Source of the DNA: Isoptericola halotolerans
GTDB lineage: Bacteria > Actinomycetota > Actinomycetes > Actinomycetales > Cellulomonadaceae
DNA: 64,000 bases
Direction of reading: 5' to 3'
NCBI RefSeq assembly: GCF_013149785.1
Contig: NZ_JABEZU010000001.1
Coordinates: 868,001-932,000 of the forward strand
A program made the position numbers and the translations under genes. A model generated the notes under the pieces. It saw only the letters and a program-made list of their open reading frames with translations. It searched no databases and was not told the origin of the DNA. Below, piece after piece: positions 8,652 through 17,683 of this stretch. The stretch's first letter is position 1, and the number at the start of each line of letters is the position of its first letter.

Positions 8652-9866
8652 GTGAGCCTCCCCGCCCTCGACGACGGCACCCCGGCCCAGGCGGTCGTCG
8701 ACCTCGACGCGATCAGCGACAACGTGCGCGCACTGCGCGGCCACGCGCCGTCGTCGGACCTCATGGCCGTCGTCAAGGCCGACGGGTACGGGCACGGCAT
8801 GCTCCCGGTCGCCCGGGCGGCGCTCGCGGGCGGTGCCCGCTGGCTGGGGGTGGCGACGGCCGCGGAGGCGCTGGCCCTGCGCGCCGGGCTCGGCGCCACC
8901 GACGCGCGTCTGCTGGTGTGGCTGCTCACCCCCGGCGCGCCGTTCGCGGACCTGCTGCGGGCCGACGTCGACGTGACCGCCGGGGCGCCGTGGGCGCTCG
9001 ACGAGATCGCCGTCGGTGCCCGCGCGGCCGGCCAGGTCGCCCGGGTGCACCTCAAGGTGGACACCGGGCTGTCCCGCGGCGGGGTGGCGATGCGGGACCT
9101 GCCGGACGTGGTCCGTCGGGCGGCGGCGCTGGAGGCCTCGGGCGAGCTGCGGGTCGTCGGCGTGTTCTCGCACCTGGCCTGCGCCGACGAGCCGGGTCAC
9201 CCCTCGATCGCCCGCCAGGCCGCAGCGTTCGCCGACGCGCTCGACGCGGTCGCCTCGGCCGGGCTGCGGCCCGAGGTGCGCCACCTGGCGAACTCGGCCG
9301 CGACACTGACCCTGCCGGGCCTGCACCACGACGTGGTCCGCACCGGGATCTCGGTCTACGGGTTCTCCCCGGGGCCGCTGCTCGGTGCACCGAGCGACCA
9401 CGGGCTGCGCCCGGCCATGACGCTGCGGGCCCGGCTCGCGGGCGTCAAGCAGGTCGACGCCGGGGAGGGCGTCTCCTACGGTCACCTGTACACCACGTCG
9501 CAGGACACCCGGCTCGGGCTCGTGCCCGTGGGCTACGGCGACGGGGTGCCCCGACAGGCCTCCGGCGGCTCGGCCGGTCCGGGCGGACCGTTCGCCGTCG
9601 GGTCCGGCGCCGACCGGCGCGTGCTGCGCGTGGCCGGGCGCGTGTGCATGGACCAGCTCGTCCTCGACCTGGGACCCGGAGCGAGGGAACGGGCCGGGGA
9701 CGTCGTCACGCTGTTCGGCGCGTCCGACGGTGTGGCGCACGGTGCCGAGGTCCCGAACGCCCAGGACTGGGCCGAGGCGGTCGGCACCATCAGCTATGAG
9801 ATCGTCACCCGCCTCGGTGCGCGGGTGCCGCGTACCTACCTGTCACGAGGAGTGGTGGAGCCGTGA
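8652..9866 (+). CDS. alr: Alanine racemase
   Basis: AVVKADGYGHG, HLKVDTGLSRGG, GRVCMDQ, GTISYEIVTR; start approximate. Confidence 0.96.
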   Translation: MSLPALDDGTPAQAVVDLDAISDNVRALRGHAPSSDLMAVVKADGYGHGMLPVARAALAGGARWLGVATAAEALALRAGLGATDARLLVWLLTPGAPFADLLRADVDVTAGAPWALDEIAVGARAAGQVARVHLKVDTGLSRGGVAMRDLPDVVRRAAALEASGELRVVGVFSHLACADEPGHPSIARQAAAFADALDAVASAGLRPEVRHLANSAATLTLPGLHHDVVRTGISVYGFSPGPLLGAPSDHGLRPAMTLRARLAGVKQVDAGEGVSYGHLYTTSQDTRLGLVPVGYGDGVPRQASGGSAGPGGPFAVGSGADRRVLRVAGRVCMDQLVLDLGPGARERAGDVVTLFGASDGVAHGAEVPNAQDWAEAVGTISYEIVTRLGARVPRTYLSRGVVEP

Positions 9867-10402
9867 GCGACGACGTCGTGCGGACCGAGACCGACCTGCC
9901 GGACGCCGCGTCCACCCGGGCGCTGGGCGCGGCGCTCGCCGGGGTGCTGCGCGCAGGGGACCTGGTGATCCTCACCGGCGACCTCGGCGCGGGCAAGACG
10001 ACCCTGACCCAAGGGCTCGGCGCGGCGCTGGGGGTGCGCGGCCAGGTCGCCTCCCCGACGTTCATCGTGGCCCGTGAGCACCCGCCGCTGCCCCGGGAGG
10101 ACGGCACTCGCGGCCCGGCCCTGGTGCACGTGGACGCCTACCGGCTCGGGGACCTGTCCGAGCTGGACGCGCTCGACCTCGACTCGTCGCTGGACGAGTC
10201 GGTGACCGTCGTCGAGTGGGGCCGTGGTCTGGCGGAGGCGCTCACGGACGAGCGCCTCGAGATCGACCTGGAGCGCCCGCGCGGCGGGGTGGGCGACGAC
10301 ACCGACGCCGAGCTCGACGCCGGCGCAGGTACCCGGCGCGCCGTGCTGCGCGGTGTGGGCGCCCGGTGGGCGGACGTCGACCTCGCGGCGCTGCTGCCCT
10401 GA
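9863..10402 (+). CDS. tsaE: tRNA t6A biosynthesis ATPase
   Basis: LTGDLGAGKTT, SPTF, HVDAYRL, VVEWG. Confidence 0.95.
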   Translation: MSDDVVRTETDLPDAASTRALGAALAGVLRAGDLVILTGDLGAGKTTLTQGLGAALGVRGQVASPTFIVAREHPPLPREDGTRGPALVHVDAYRLGDLSELDALDLDSSLDESVTVVEWGRGLAEALTDERLEIDLERPRGGVGDDTDAELDAGAGTRRAVLRGVGARWADVDLAALLP

Positions 10403-10458
10403 CGGTCGCGGCGCTCGCGCCGACGTCGGCGGGACGTCCGGCGCCGTAGGCTGGGCCC

Positions 10459-11199
10459 GTGGCAGTTCTCGCTCTCGACACCTCTGCAGCCGTGGCCGTC
10501 GCCCTCGTGGACGACGACGGAGGTCGCCTCGCGGCACGCGCCTCCGCCGAGCGCCGCCGGCACGCGGAGTCGCTCGCTCCTCTGATCGCCGAGGTCCTGG
10601 CCGAGGCCGGTGTGGACCGCACCGACCTCACCGCCGTGGTGGGTGGCACCGGCCCTGCTCCCTTCACCGGGCTGCGGGTGGGCCTGGTCACCGCACGCAC
10701 GCTGGCGCTGAGCCTCGGCATCGACCTGCTCGGAGTGCCGAGCATCGACGCGCTGGCCGTCCAGGCGGTCGCCGACCTGGGTCTGCAGCCCGGGGACGAG
10801 GTCCTCGCCGTGACCGACGCGCGGCGCAAGGAGGTCTACTGGGCGCGGTACCGCGTGGTGGCGCACGAGGGGCCGCACGGGGTGCCCGTCGTCGAGACCC
10901 TGGCCGGCCCTGACGTCCAGAAGGCGGCCGACGTCGCTGCGGCCGGGCTCGACCCGCCGGCCGAGCCCGGCGGCAGGCTCGCCGTCGTCGGCGAGGGTGC
11001 GGCGCTCTACCCGGACGACCTGAGCCTCGACGAGGACGCGCCGCTGGTGCCCGACGCGACCGTGCTGGCGCGCGTCGCCCTGGCCCGGCGCGACGCAGGT
11101 GCACCGTTGCCGGCCGAGCCGCTGTACCTGCGCCGCCCCGACGTGCAGGAGCCGGCCGGGACCAAGCGCTCGCTCCCGTCCACCGGGGGGACGGCATGA
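10459..11199 (+). CDS. tsaB: tRNA t6A biosynthesis protein
   Basis: LALDTS, GPAPFTGLRVG, DARRKEVY, PLYLRRPD. Confidence 0.95.
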   Translation: MAVLALDTSAAVAVALVDDDGGRLAARASAERRRHAESLAPLIAEVLAEAGVDRTDLTAVVGGTGPAPFTGLRVGLVTARTLALSLGIDLLGVPSIDALAVQAVADLGLQPGDEVLAVTDARRKEVYWARYRVVAHEGPHGVPVVETLAGPDVQKAADVAAAGLDPPAEPGGRLAVVGEGAALYPDDLSLDEDAPLVPDATVLARVALARRDAGAPLPAEPLYLRRPDVQEPAGTKRSLPSTGGTA

Positions 11200-11726
11200 C
11201 CGAGAACCCGATCGAGGTACGGCTCCGCCCGCTCGCCAGCGAGGACTTCGATCGCGTGCTGGAGCTGGAGCACGAGCTGTTCGGCCCGGGTGCGTGGACC
11301 TACGGGATGCTCGCCGACGAGCTGGCCGGCCTCGGCCGCTGGTACGTCGTGGCCGAGCCGGCCGACGCCGCCGAGCGCTACGGCGTCGGGCGCAAGCCGG
11401 TGATCGGCTACGCGGGGCTGTGGTTCGACGGCGAGGTCGCGCAGGTGATGACTCTCGGCACGGCGCAGCGCTACCAGGGCCGGGGGGTCGGCCGACGCCT
11501 GCTGCAGGCGCTCGTGGACCGCTCGCGGGCCCTGCGCGCCCGGGCGCTCTTCCTCGAGGTCGCGGTGGACAACACGCAGGCACTCGCCCTGTACGAGCAG
11601 TTCGGGTTCGAGCGGCTCGGGGTGCGCAAGCGCTACTACCAGCCCGAGGACAAGGACGCCTACACGATGCGGATGGAGCTCGCGGCACCGGAGGCCGGCT
11701 CGACGGCCCCGGGGGACGCGGCGTGA
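11196..11726 (+). CDS. rimI: Ribosomal protein S18 alanine N-acetyltransferase
   Basis: QGRGVG, LEVAVDN..A.ALY..FGF...G.RKRYY; follows tsaB. Confidence 0.9.
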   Translation: MTENPIEVRLRPLASEDFDRVLELEHELFGPGAWTYGMLADELAGLGRWYVVAEPADAAERYGVGRKPVIGYAGLWFDGEVAQVMTLGTAQRYQGRGVGRRLLQALVDRSRALRARALFLEVAVDNTQALALYEQFGFERLGVRKRYYQPEDKDAYTMRMELAAPEAGSTAPGDAA

Positions 11727-12598
11727 CCGGCCTGTCCGGGTCGGCCCGGGACGAGGTGCTCGTCGACGTCGCGACCCTGGCGGCGGACCTGCAGCTCGGT
11801 GGGCTGCAGGACCCGCTCGGCGGGGCACCCGTCCTGCTGGACGTGCGCTGGGAGCTCGGCCGCAGCGACGGCCGCGAGCAGTACGAGGCGGGCCACCTGC
11901 CGGGAGCCGTGTTCGTCGACCTGGAGACCGAGCTGGCCGCACCGCCGTCGGCCGCCGAGGGGCGGCACCCGCTGCCGTCGGCGGGCGCGTTCCAGGAAGC
12001 GGCGCGACGCTGGGGCGTCCGGACGGGCTCGCGGGTCGTGGTCTACGACGCCGTGGGGGGCATGTCGGCGGCGCGGGCCTGGTGGTTGCTGCGGTGGTTC
12101 GGCGTGGCGAGCGTCCAGCTCCTCGACGGCGGGCTCGCGGCCTGGCAGCGTGCGGGCCACCCGCTCGAGGCAGGGTCGGTCGAGAGCGAGCCGGGCGACG
12201 TCGTCGCGCGGCCGGGCGGGATGCCGGTGCTGGACGCCGAGGGGGCTGCAGCGCTCGCGGGGGACGGTGTGCTCCTCGATGCGCGGGCGGCGGAGCGCTT
12301 TCGCGGCGAGGTGGAGCCGGTCGACCCGCAGGCGGGTCACGTCCCGGGTGCCGTGTCGGCGCCCACGGCCGGCAACCTGGCCGACGACGGCACGTTCCGG
12401 CCGGCGGCCGAGCTGTCGGAGCGCTTCGCGGGCCTGGGCGCCACCGACCAGGTGCCCGTGGGCGTGTACTGCGGCTCGGGGGTCACCGCGGCCCACGAGG
12501 TCGCGGCGCTGGCGACCGTCGGGGTCACGGCGGCGCTGTACCCCGGGTCGTGGTCCCAGTGGTCGAACGACCCGGCCCGCCCGGTGGCCACCGCCTGA
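11723..12598 (+). CDS. Tandem-domain rhodanese/sulfurtransferase (SseA/SseB-like)
   Basis: GHLPGAVFVD, GRHPLP, AARAWW, YCGSGVTA, LYPGSWSQW. Confidence 0.92.
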   Translation: MTGLSGSARDEVLVDVATLAADLQLGGLQDPLGGAPVLLDVRWELGRSDGREQYEAGHLPGAVFVDLETELAAPPSAAEGRHPLPSAGAFQEAARRWGVRTGSRVVVYDAVGGMSAARAWWLLRWFGVASVQLLDGGLAAWQRAGHPLEAGSVESEPGDVVARPGGMPVLDAEGAAALAGDGVLLDARAAERFRGEVEPVDPQAGHVPGAVSAPTAGNLADDGTFRPAAELSERFAGLGATDQVPVGVYCGSGVTAAHEVAALATVGVTAALYPGSWSQWSNDPARPVATA

Positions 12599-12603
12599 CG
12601 AAG

Positions 12604-12676
12604 GTTGTGGGCGCGATTTCTGGCCCGTCTTGTCCCGCGAAACGGGATGAAACCGGCCAGAAATCGCGCCCACAAC
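12604..12676. repeat. Long intergenic palindrome (22 bp perfect arms, imperfect inner stem) between convergent genes
   Basis: gttgtgggcgcgatttctggcc ... ggccagaaatcgcgcccacaac; inner tcccg-cgaaa-cggga. Confidence 0.85.
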
Positions 12677-12699
12677 GCTTGGGGCAGCGTCGCCTGGGT

Positions 12700-13323
12700 T
12701 CAGAGGGCCTGGGACACCTGGTCGAAGGACAGGCGCGGGTTGCGCGGGTACGGCGAGCCCTCGCCCTCGGCGACGCCGACGTTGACGACCATCAGGGACT
12801 TCCAGCCGGACTCGGCGAAGAACTCGCCGTCGACGCCGTCGAGGTCCATCCCGTCCATCGGCCCGGTGGCCAGGCCGACCGAGCGCAGCGCGACGACGAG
12901 GTAGCCCGCCTGCAGCAGCGCGTTCTTGCGGGCCATGGCCTCGCGCATCTCGGCGGCCGGAGCGAGCTGCTCACGGATACCGGGGTAGACGGGGAAGAGC
13001 TCGTCCAGGTGCTCGTGGAACGCCGGGTCGGCGGCCAGGACGAGCGAGACCGGTGCGGCCTCGACCTTCGGCCTGTTCCCCTCGGCCATGTGCGGCACGA
13101 GACGCTGCCTGGCCTCGGTGGAGCGCACGACCAGCACCCGCAGCGGGAGCGTGTTCATCGCCGTCGGGCCCAGCTTGGCGAGGTCCCAGGCGGCCTGGAG
13201 CCGAGCGTCGCTCACCTCGGCGTCGGCCCACTGGGAGGTGGTGCGGGCGTGGCGGAAGATCAGGTCTGCCGCGGTCTCGTCGATGGCGAGCGACGGTGCG
13301 GTCTCGAGAACGGTGTCGGTCAT
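12700..13323 (-). CDS. RutE-like nitroreductase / malonic semialdehyde reductase
   Basis: LIFRHART, GPTAMN..PLR, LQAGYL, GPMDG, PRNPRLSF. Confidence 0.88.
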   Translation of the reverse strand: MTDTVLETAPSLAIDETAADLIFRHARTTSQWADAEVSDARLQAAWDLAKLGPTAMNTLPLRVLVVRSTEARQRLVPHMAEGNRPKVEAAPVSLVLAADPAFHEHLDELFPVYPGIREQLAPAAEMREAMARKNALLQAGYLVVALRSVGLATGPMDGMDLDGVDGEFFAESGWKSLMVVNVGVAEGEGSPYPRNPRLSFDQVSQAL

Positions 13324-13387
13324 GTCCCGGGCAACAGGTCCATCCGTCCGGATGATTCCTGGTGCGGACGTGACGTGACGCACACCG

Positions 13388-14443
13388 TCACAGCTCGGTG
13401 AGCAGCTCGAAGTCGACGCCGTCGGCCCGCGCCAGGTAGAGCCGCTGCTCGGCATGGTTGCCGGTGAAGTGCACCGCGCCCCGCGGACCCTCGTAGACGA
13501 GCCCGTCCACCGCCCGGTCGGTGGCGGCGACGTCGGGGCTGCCGGCCCGTTGGACGATCGAGCGCAGCGCGAAGATGCCCTCGTAGCAGGCCTCGGCGGC
13601 GGCCCCCACGGCCGGTGCCCGCTGCCCGTGGTGGGCCGTGTACCGGCCGATGAGGTCGAGGGCCTCGCCGGTGGCCAGGCTGCGGAACCAGCCACCGGCC
13701 GAGAACAGGTCGTCGGTGGCGCCGACGCCGCTGCCGAGGAGCATGTTCTCCTCCATCAGGGTGCTCAGCCGCACCATCCGCTCGTGCAGGCCGCGTCGGG
13801 CGAAACCGCGGTTGAAGCGGACCCCGTTCTGCCCGACCATCAGCAGCAGCACGCCGTCGGCGCCGGCCGCCTCGACCGCGTCGAGGGTCGACGCGAGCTC
13901 GGCCGGGCTCGCACCGGCCGCAGGCAGGAACCGGGCGCCGGCGAACCGGGCGTCGAGCCCGGAGATCTGCTCGGCCAGCACCCGGAAGGTGCCGCGCGGC
14001 CAGGCGTAGTCGTCGCCCACCACGAACCAGCGGCGTACCCCCCGCGAGGCGCGCAGCCGGCGGATCGCCGGGAAGAGCTGTGCCGAGGGCACCTCGCCGG
14101 TCACGTAGAGGCCGGAGCGGGTCTCGGCGCCCTCGTAGGCCGCCGGGTAGACGTAGGGCACCCGCTGCTGGACGAGCGGGACGACGGCGTTGCGCACGGC
14201 GGAGGTGTGCCACCCCGTCAGGGCGTGCAGTCGCCGGGCGTCGAGGGCGGTCGCGAGCTGGCGCCGCAGAGCGGGCGTCGGCTGACCGGCGTCGAGCAGC
14301 TCGATGCGCAGGGGTCGGCCGAGGACGCCGCCGGTGGCGTTGATCTCCGCGACGGCGAGCTCCGTGACGGCCTGGCACGACGGGCCGTAGATCCCCCCGG
14401 GACCCTGGAAGTGCAGCAGGACGCCGACGACGAAGTCACTCAT
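13388..14443 (-). CDS. AmiC/UrtA-like ligand-binding protein without signal peptide (probable cytoplasmic amide/urea sensor)
   Basis: GWHTSAVRNA, YVYPAAYEG, VGDDYAWPR, ACYEG, YEGPRG; no N-terminal signal or lipobox. Confidence 0.8.
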   Translation of the reverse strand: MSDFVVGVLLHFQGPGGIYGPSCQAVTELAVAEINATGGVLGRPLRIELLDAGQPTPALRRQLATALDARRLHALTGWHTSAVRNAVVPLVQQRVPYVYPAAYEGAETRSGLYVTGEVPSAQLFPAIRRLRASRGVRRWFVVGDDYAWPRGTFRVLAEQISGLDARFAGARFLPAAGASPAELASTLDAVEAAGADGVLLLMVGQNGVRFNRGFARRGLHERMVRLSTLMEENMLLGSGVGATDDLFSAGGWFRSLATGEALDLIGRYTAHHGQRAPAVGAAAEACYEGIFALRSIVQRAGSPDVAATDRAVDGLVYEGPRGAVHFTGNHAEQRLYLARADGVDFELLTEL

Positions 14444-14526
14444 GCCGCCCCGTCCGCGCAGGGGACCCGCAGGCCCCGGCCTGTGTTGGCGGGTAGTCTA
14501 GCGAGCACCGAGAGGGAGAGATCAGC

Positions 14527-14907
14527 ATGCGGACACCACGCGGGGCGGTCGACGCCCTCGACACCGACGTCGAGGCGACGATGGGGGCCGCCGTGCTGAG
14601 GGAGTCGGTCCTGGGGGCGCGCCGCGCGTCCCGCCGTGCGGCCGAGGTTCTGCGCCAGGAGGGTTTCACGCTCGACGAGTGGCTCGTGCTCGGCTCCCTC
14701 GAGGATGCCGACGGGCTGACCATGACGGAGCTGCGAGAGGTCACCGTCACGGACAAGGCGACGCTCGGGCGCCGCGTGGACTCCCTGGTCACGCGCGCCC
14801 TCGTGTTCCGCGAGGTCGACGGAATCGACCGACGTGTCATCCGGGTGTACCTCTCCACCCGCGGTCGGGAGGTCCTGTCACGCCTCACGGTGCTGCTGGC
14901 GCGATAG
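14527..14907 (+). CDS. MarR family transcriptional regulator
   Basis: EWLVLGSL..ADGLTMTEL, VFREVDGIDRRVIRVYLSTRG wing motif. Confidence 0.8.
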   Translation: MRTPRGAVDALDTDVEATMGAAVLRESVLGARRASRRAAEVLRQEGFTLDEWLVLGSLEDADGLTMTELREVTVTDKATLGRRVDSLVTRALVFREVDGIDRRVIRVYLSTRGREVLSRLTVLLAR

Positions 14908-15387
14908 TCCGGCGGCGCACCGCTCGCACCGACCGGGCAGCGTGACGGCCGGGGCGTCCACGACGAACCCGGTGGCCGCACGGATGCCGTCGACCGCGCC
15001 GTGGAGGGCCGTGACGGGCAGCGCACCCACTGCTCCGCACCCCGAGCAGACGAGGTGCAGGTGCTCGTGCTCCGGGGCCACGGTGGCGAGGTGGTACACC
15101 GGGCCGCCGCCGGGAGCGAGCCGCCTGTCGACCACCGATCTCTCGACCAGGAGCTCCAGCGTCCGGTAGACGCTGGCGCGGTGCCCGTCGGCGCCCACCG
15201 CGGTCACGATCTGCTCGGCCGTCATCGGATCGTGACGGCCGGCGAGCACGTGGATCACCGCTCGCCGCGGGGTCGTCACCCGCAGGGAGGCGGCGCGCAG
15301 CCGGTCGGTCGCGCGACGTACCGCCTCGTCGGCGTCCACGTGGAGCTCCTCGTGGTCGACGGGTGTCGCGCCGGGAGACCTCGTCAT
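14878..15387 (-). CDS. Fur family metal-responsive regulator
   Basis: LRVTTPRRAVI, ASVYRTLELL, HEHLHLVCSGCG, GRCERC. Confidence 0.9.
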   Translation of the reverse strand: MTRSPGATPVDHEELHVDADEAVRRATDRLRAASLRVTTPRRAVIHVLAGRHDPMTAEQIVTAVGADGHRASVYRTLELLVERSVVDRRLAPGGGPVYHLATVAPEHEHLHLVCSGCGAVGALPVTALHGAVDGIRAATGFVVDAPAVTLPGRCERCAAGLSRQQHREA

Positions 15388-15481
15388 CGCGCCATCGTCG
15401 CACGCGTCCCGGTACCGCCCGGTGCTCGCCGGCGCGGGGACGTCGGACCGAAACCTGCTCGAAACGGTCGGCCGCCATACT

Positions 15482-15502
15482 TGCTGCGACAAGGTCGCAA
15501 CA
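15482..15502. promoter_or_regulatory. Inverted repeat, candidate operator of the adjacent Fur-family regulator
   Basis: tgctgcgac-aag-gtcgcaaca (8/9 arm match) directly after a CATACT -10-like hexamer and before the permease RBS. Confidence 0.55.
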
Positions 15503-15516
15503 GCCGAGGAGACGAC

Positions 15517-16608
15517 GTGCCACCAGCGACGACGACGGCGGGCCCGGCGCCGGCGGAAGGGCTGCGTTCCGCTCGACGTCGCTCCGCTGCCTGGACCGCC
15601 GGCCTCGCGGTCGCGCTGGTCCTCACCGCCGTGGTGTGCGTGGCCGTCGGCCCGGTGACGATCGCTCCCTGGACCGTCCTGACCATCGTCCAGCAAGCGC
15701 TGCTCGGCGACCCGGGCGGTGCCGGGGCGAGCGCCGCGGAGCAGACCATCGTCCTGGACGTGCGGGTGCCACGGGTCCTGCTCGGGGCGGCCGTCGGGGC
15801 GGCGCTCGCGGTGTGCGGGGCAGCGTTGCAGGCCATGGTCCGCAACCCGCTGGCGGACCCGTACGTGCTCGGGATCTCCGGGGGCGCCTCCACCGGCGCC
15901 GCCGCAGCCATCCTGTTCGGTGCGGGCGCGGCGCTCGGGCAGCAGGCACTGCCCACCAGCGCGTTCCTCGGTGCTCTGGCCGCCGGTGTGCTCGTGCTGA
16001 CCGTGGCACGCACGGCCGGGCGGGTCACCTCGGTGCGGCTGCTGCTCTCCGGTGTCGCCGTCGGCTACGCCCTGTCCGCGCTGACGAGCTTTCTCGTCTT
16101 CGCCTCCGGGTCGGCCGAGGGCGCGCGGTCGGTGATGTTCTGGCTGCTGGGCTCGTTGTCGTTGGCGCGCTGGGACGCGACGCTGGTGGCGGCCGTCGCC
16201 GTGACGGTGGTCGGGGTGGCGGTGCTCACCGCCGGCGCGCGGACCCTCGACGTCCTGGGGGCGGGGGACGCGACGATGCACGCCCTGGGCTACTCGCCGT
16301 CCCGGGCACGCGTCGCGCTGCTCGTGGTCGTCAGCCTGTGCACCGGGGTCGCCGTGGCCGCCGCCGGCAGCATCGGCTTCGTCGGCCTGGTCGTGCCGCA
16401 CCTGGCGCGCCGCGCCGTCGGGGCGCTGCACGCCCGCATGCTGCCGGTCTGCGCGTTGCTCGGTGCCGTGCTCCTGCTGTGGGCCGACGTCCTGGCCCGC
16501 ACGCTGATGGCCCCCCGCGAGCTGCCCATCGGCATCGTCACCGCCATGGTCGGCGCACCGTTCCTCCTGGTCCTCGTCCGCCGCGCACGGCTCGGGCGGG
16601 AGCCATGA
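15517..16608 (+). CDS. FecCD/BtuC-type metal-chelate ABC transporter permease
   Basis: VRVPRVLLG, RNPLADPYVLGISGGA, GSIGFVGLVVPH, ELPIGIVTA; gaggag RBS. Confidence 0.92.
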   Translation: MPPATTTAGPAPAEGLRSARRRSAAWTAGLAVALVLTAVVCVAVGPVTIAPWTVLTIVQQALLGDPGGAGASAAEQTIVLDVRVPRVLLGAAVGAALAVCGAALQAMVRNPLADPYVLGISGGASTGAAAAILFGAGAALGQQALPTSAFLGALAAGVLVLTVARTAGRVTSVRLLLSGVAVGYALSALTSFLVFASGSAEGARSVMFWLLGSLSLARWDATLVAAVAVTVVGVAVLTAGARTLDVLGAGDATMHALGYSPSRARVALLVVVSLCTGVAVAAAGSIGFVGLVVPHLARRAVGALHARMLPVCALLGAVLLLWADVLARTLMAPRELPIGIVTAMVGAPFLLVLVRRARLGREP

Positions 16609-16666
16609 GGTGCCGTCGGCCCCCGTCGTCCCGGGCGACGCCCGCCCCCCGCGAGAGGACCCCTTC

Positions 16667-17683
16667 GTGACCCACCCACCGACCCGGAGCCGGACGGCGC
16701 GTCTGCGCCCGACGGTGCCCGCCCTCCTGGCCGCCGTCGTGCTCGCCGGCTGCTCCGCGGCCGCCTCGACCACGGGGTCCTCGGGTGCCACCGACGACCC
16801 CGTCGGCCCGCGCACCGTGACCAACTGCGGGGTGGACGTCGCGCTCGACGAGGCTCCGGAGCGTGTGGTGCTGCTGGACCCCGCGCCGGTGACCGTCCTC
16901 GACGGCCTCGGAGTCCTGGACCGGGTGGTCGCTCGTGCGGGCGTGTTCGACCCGGCCTACTACGACGACGCCCTCCTGGCGCGCATCGAGGCGATCCCCG
17001 CGCTGACCGAGGAGGTCGACGCCACCGGGCACCTGATGATCTCGTCCGAGGTCGTCATCGCGCAGCAGCCCGACCTGGTGCTCGGCCTGCCCGAAGGGCT
17101 GACCCGGGACGGGATGGCTGACGCCGGCGCCGCGGTCCTGGTGTCCCCGGTGTTCTGCCCCGGGGGTGCCGGCGACGCGTCCTTCCAGACGCTGTACGAC
17201 CAGGTGCGCGACCTCGGGACGGTCTTCGGCCGGGACGACGCCGCCGCGGAGCTCGTCGAGTCGCTGCAGGACCGGGTCGGCGCCGTCGAGCAGGTCGCGC
17301 CCGACGACGGACGCACGGCAGCGGTCCTCTACCCGTCGGTCGGCGGAGGCCCGTTGTACGCCTACGGCCGCGGGTCGATGGCCCAGCCACAGCTCGACGC
17401 CGCGGGCCTGGAGAACGTGTTCGCCGACACGGCCGACCGCGTCTTCGAGGTGGGTGTCGAGGAGCTGGTGGCGCGCGACCCCGACGTCCTCGTCGTGCTC
17501 TACCAGGGCGACGTGGAGGGGATCGTCGAGGAGGTGACCGCGCTGCCCGGCGCCGCGGCGATCACGGCGGTGCGCGACGACGAGATCCTCGTCCAGCCGT
17601 TCAACTTCACCGAGCCCTCCTCCCCGCTGACCGTGACCGGGTTGGAGGCCGTCGTGGAGCGCTTCGGGCGGGACGGGTCGTGA
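16667..17683 (+). CDS. Metal-chelate ABC transporter substrate-binding lipoprotein
   Basis: Lipobox LAGC, TVTNCG....APERVV, E.LVARDPDV. Confidence 0.88.
   Translation: MTHPPTRSRTARLRPTVPALLAAVVLAGCSAAASTTGSSGATDDPVGPRTVTNCGVDVALDEAPERVVLLDPAPVTVLDGLGVLDRVVARAGVFDPAYYDDALLARIEAIPALTEEVDATGHLMISSEVVIAQQPDLVLGLPEGLTRDGMADAGAAVLVSPVFCPGGAGDASFQTLYDQVRDLGTVFGRDDAAAELVESLQDRVGAVEQVAPDDGRTAAVLYPSVGGGPLYAYGRGSMAQPQLDAAGLENVFADTADRVFEVGVEELVARDPDVLVVLYQGDVEGIVEEVTALPGAAAITAVRDDEILVQPFNFTEPSSPLTVTGLEAVVERFGRDGS

Noticed and set aside
15388..15516. Cobalamin riboswitch ahead of the FecCD/BtuC-like operon
   Set aside because: The intergenic region is short and has no recognisable B12-box; a protein operator fits better.
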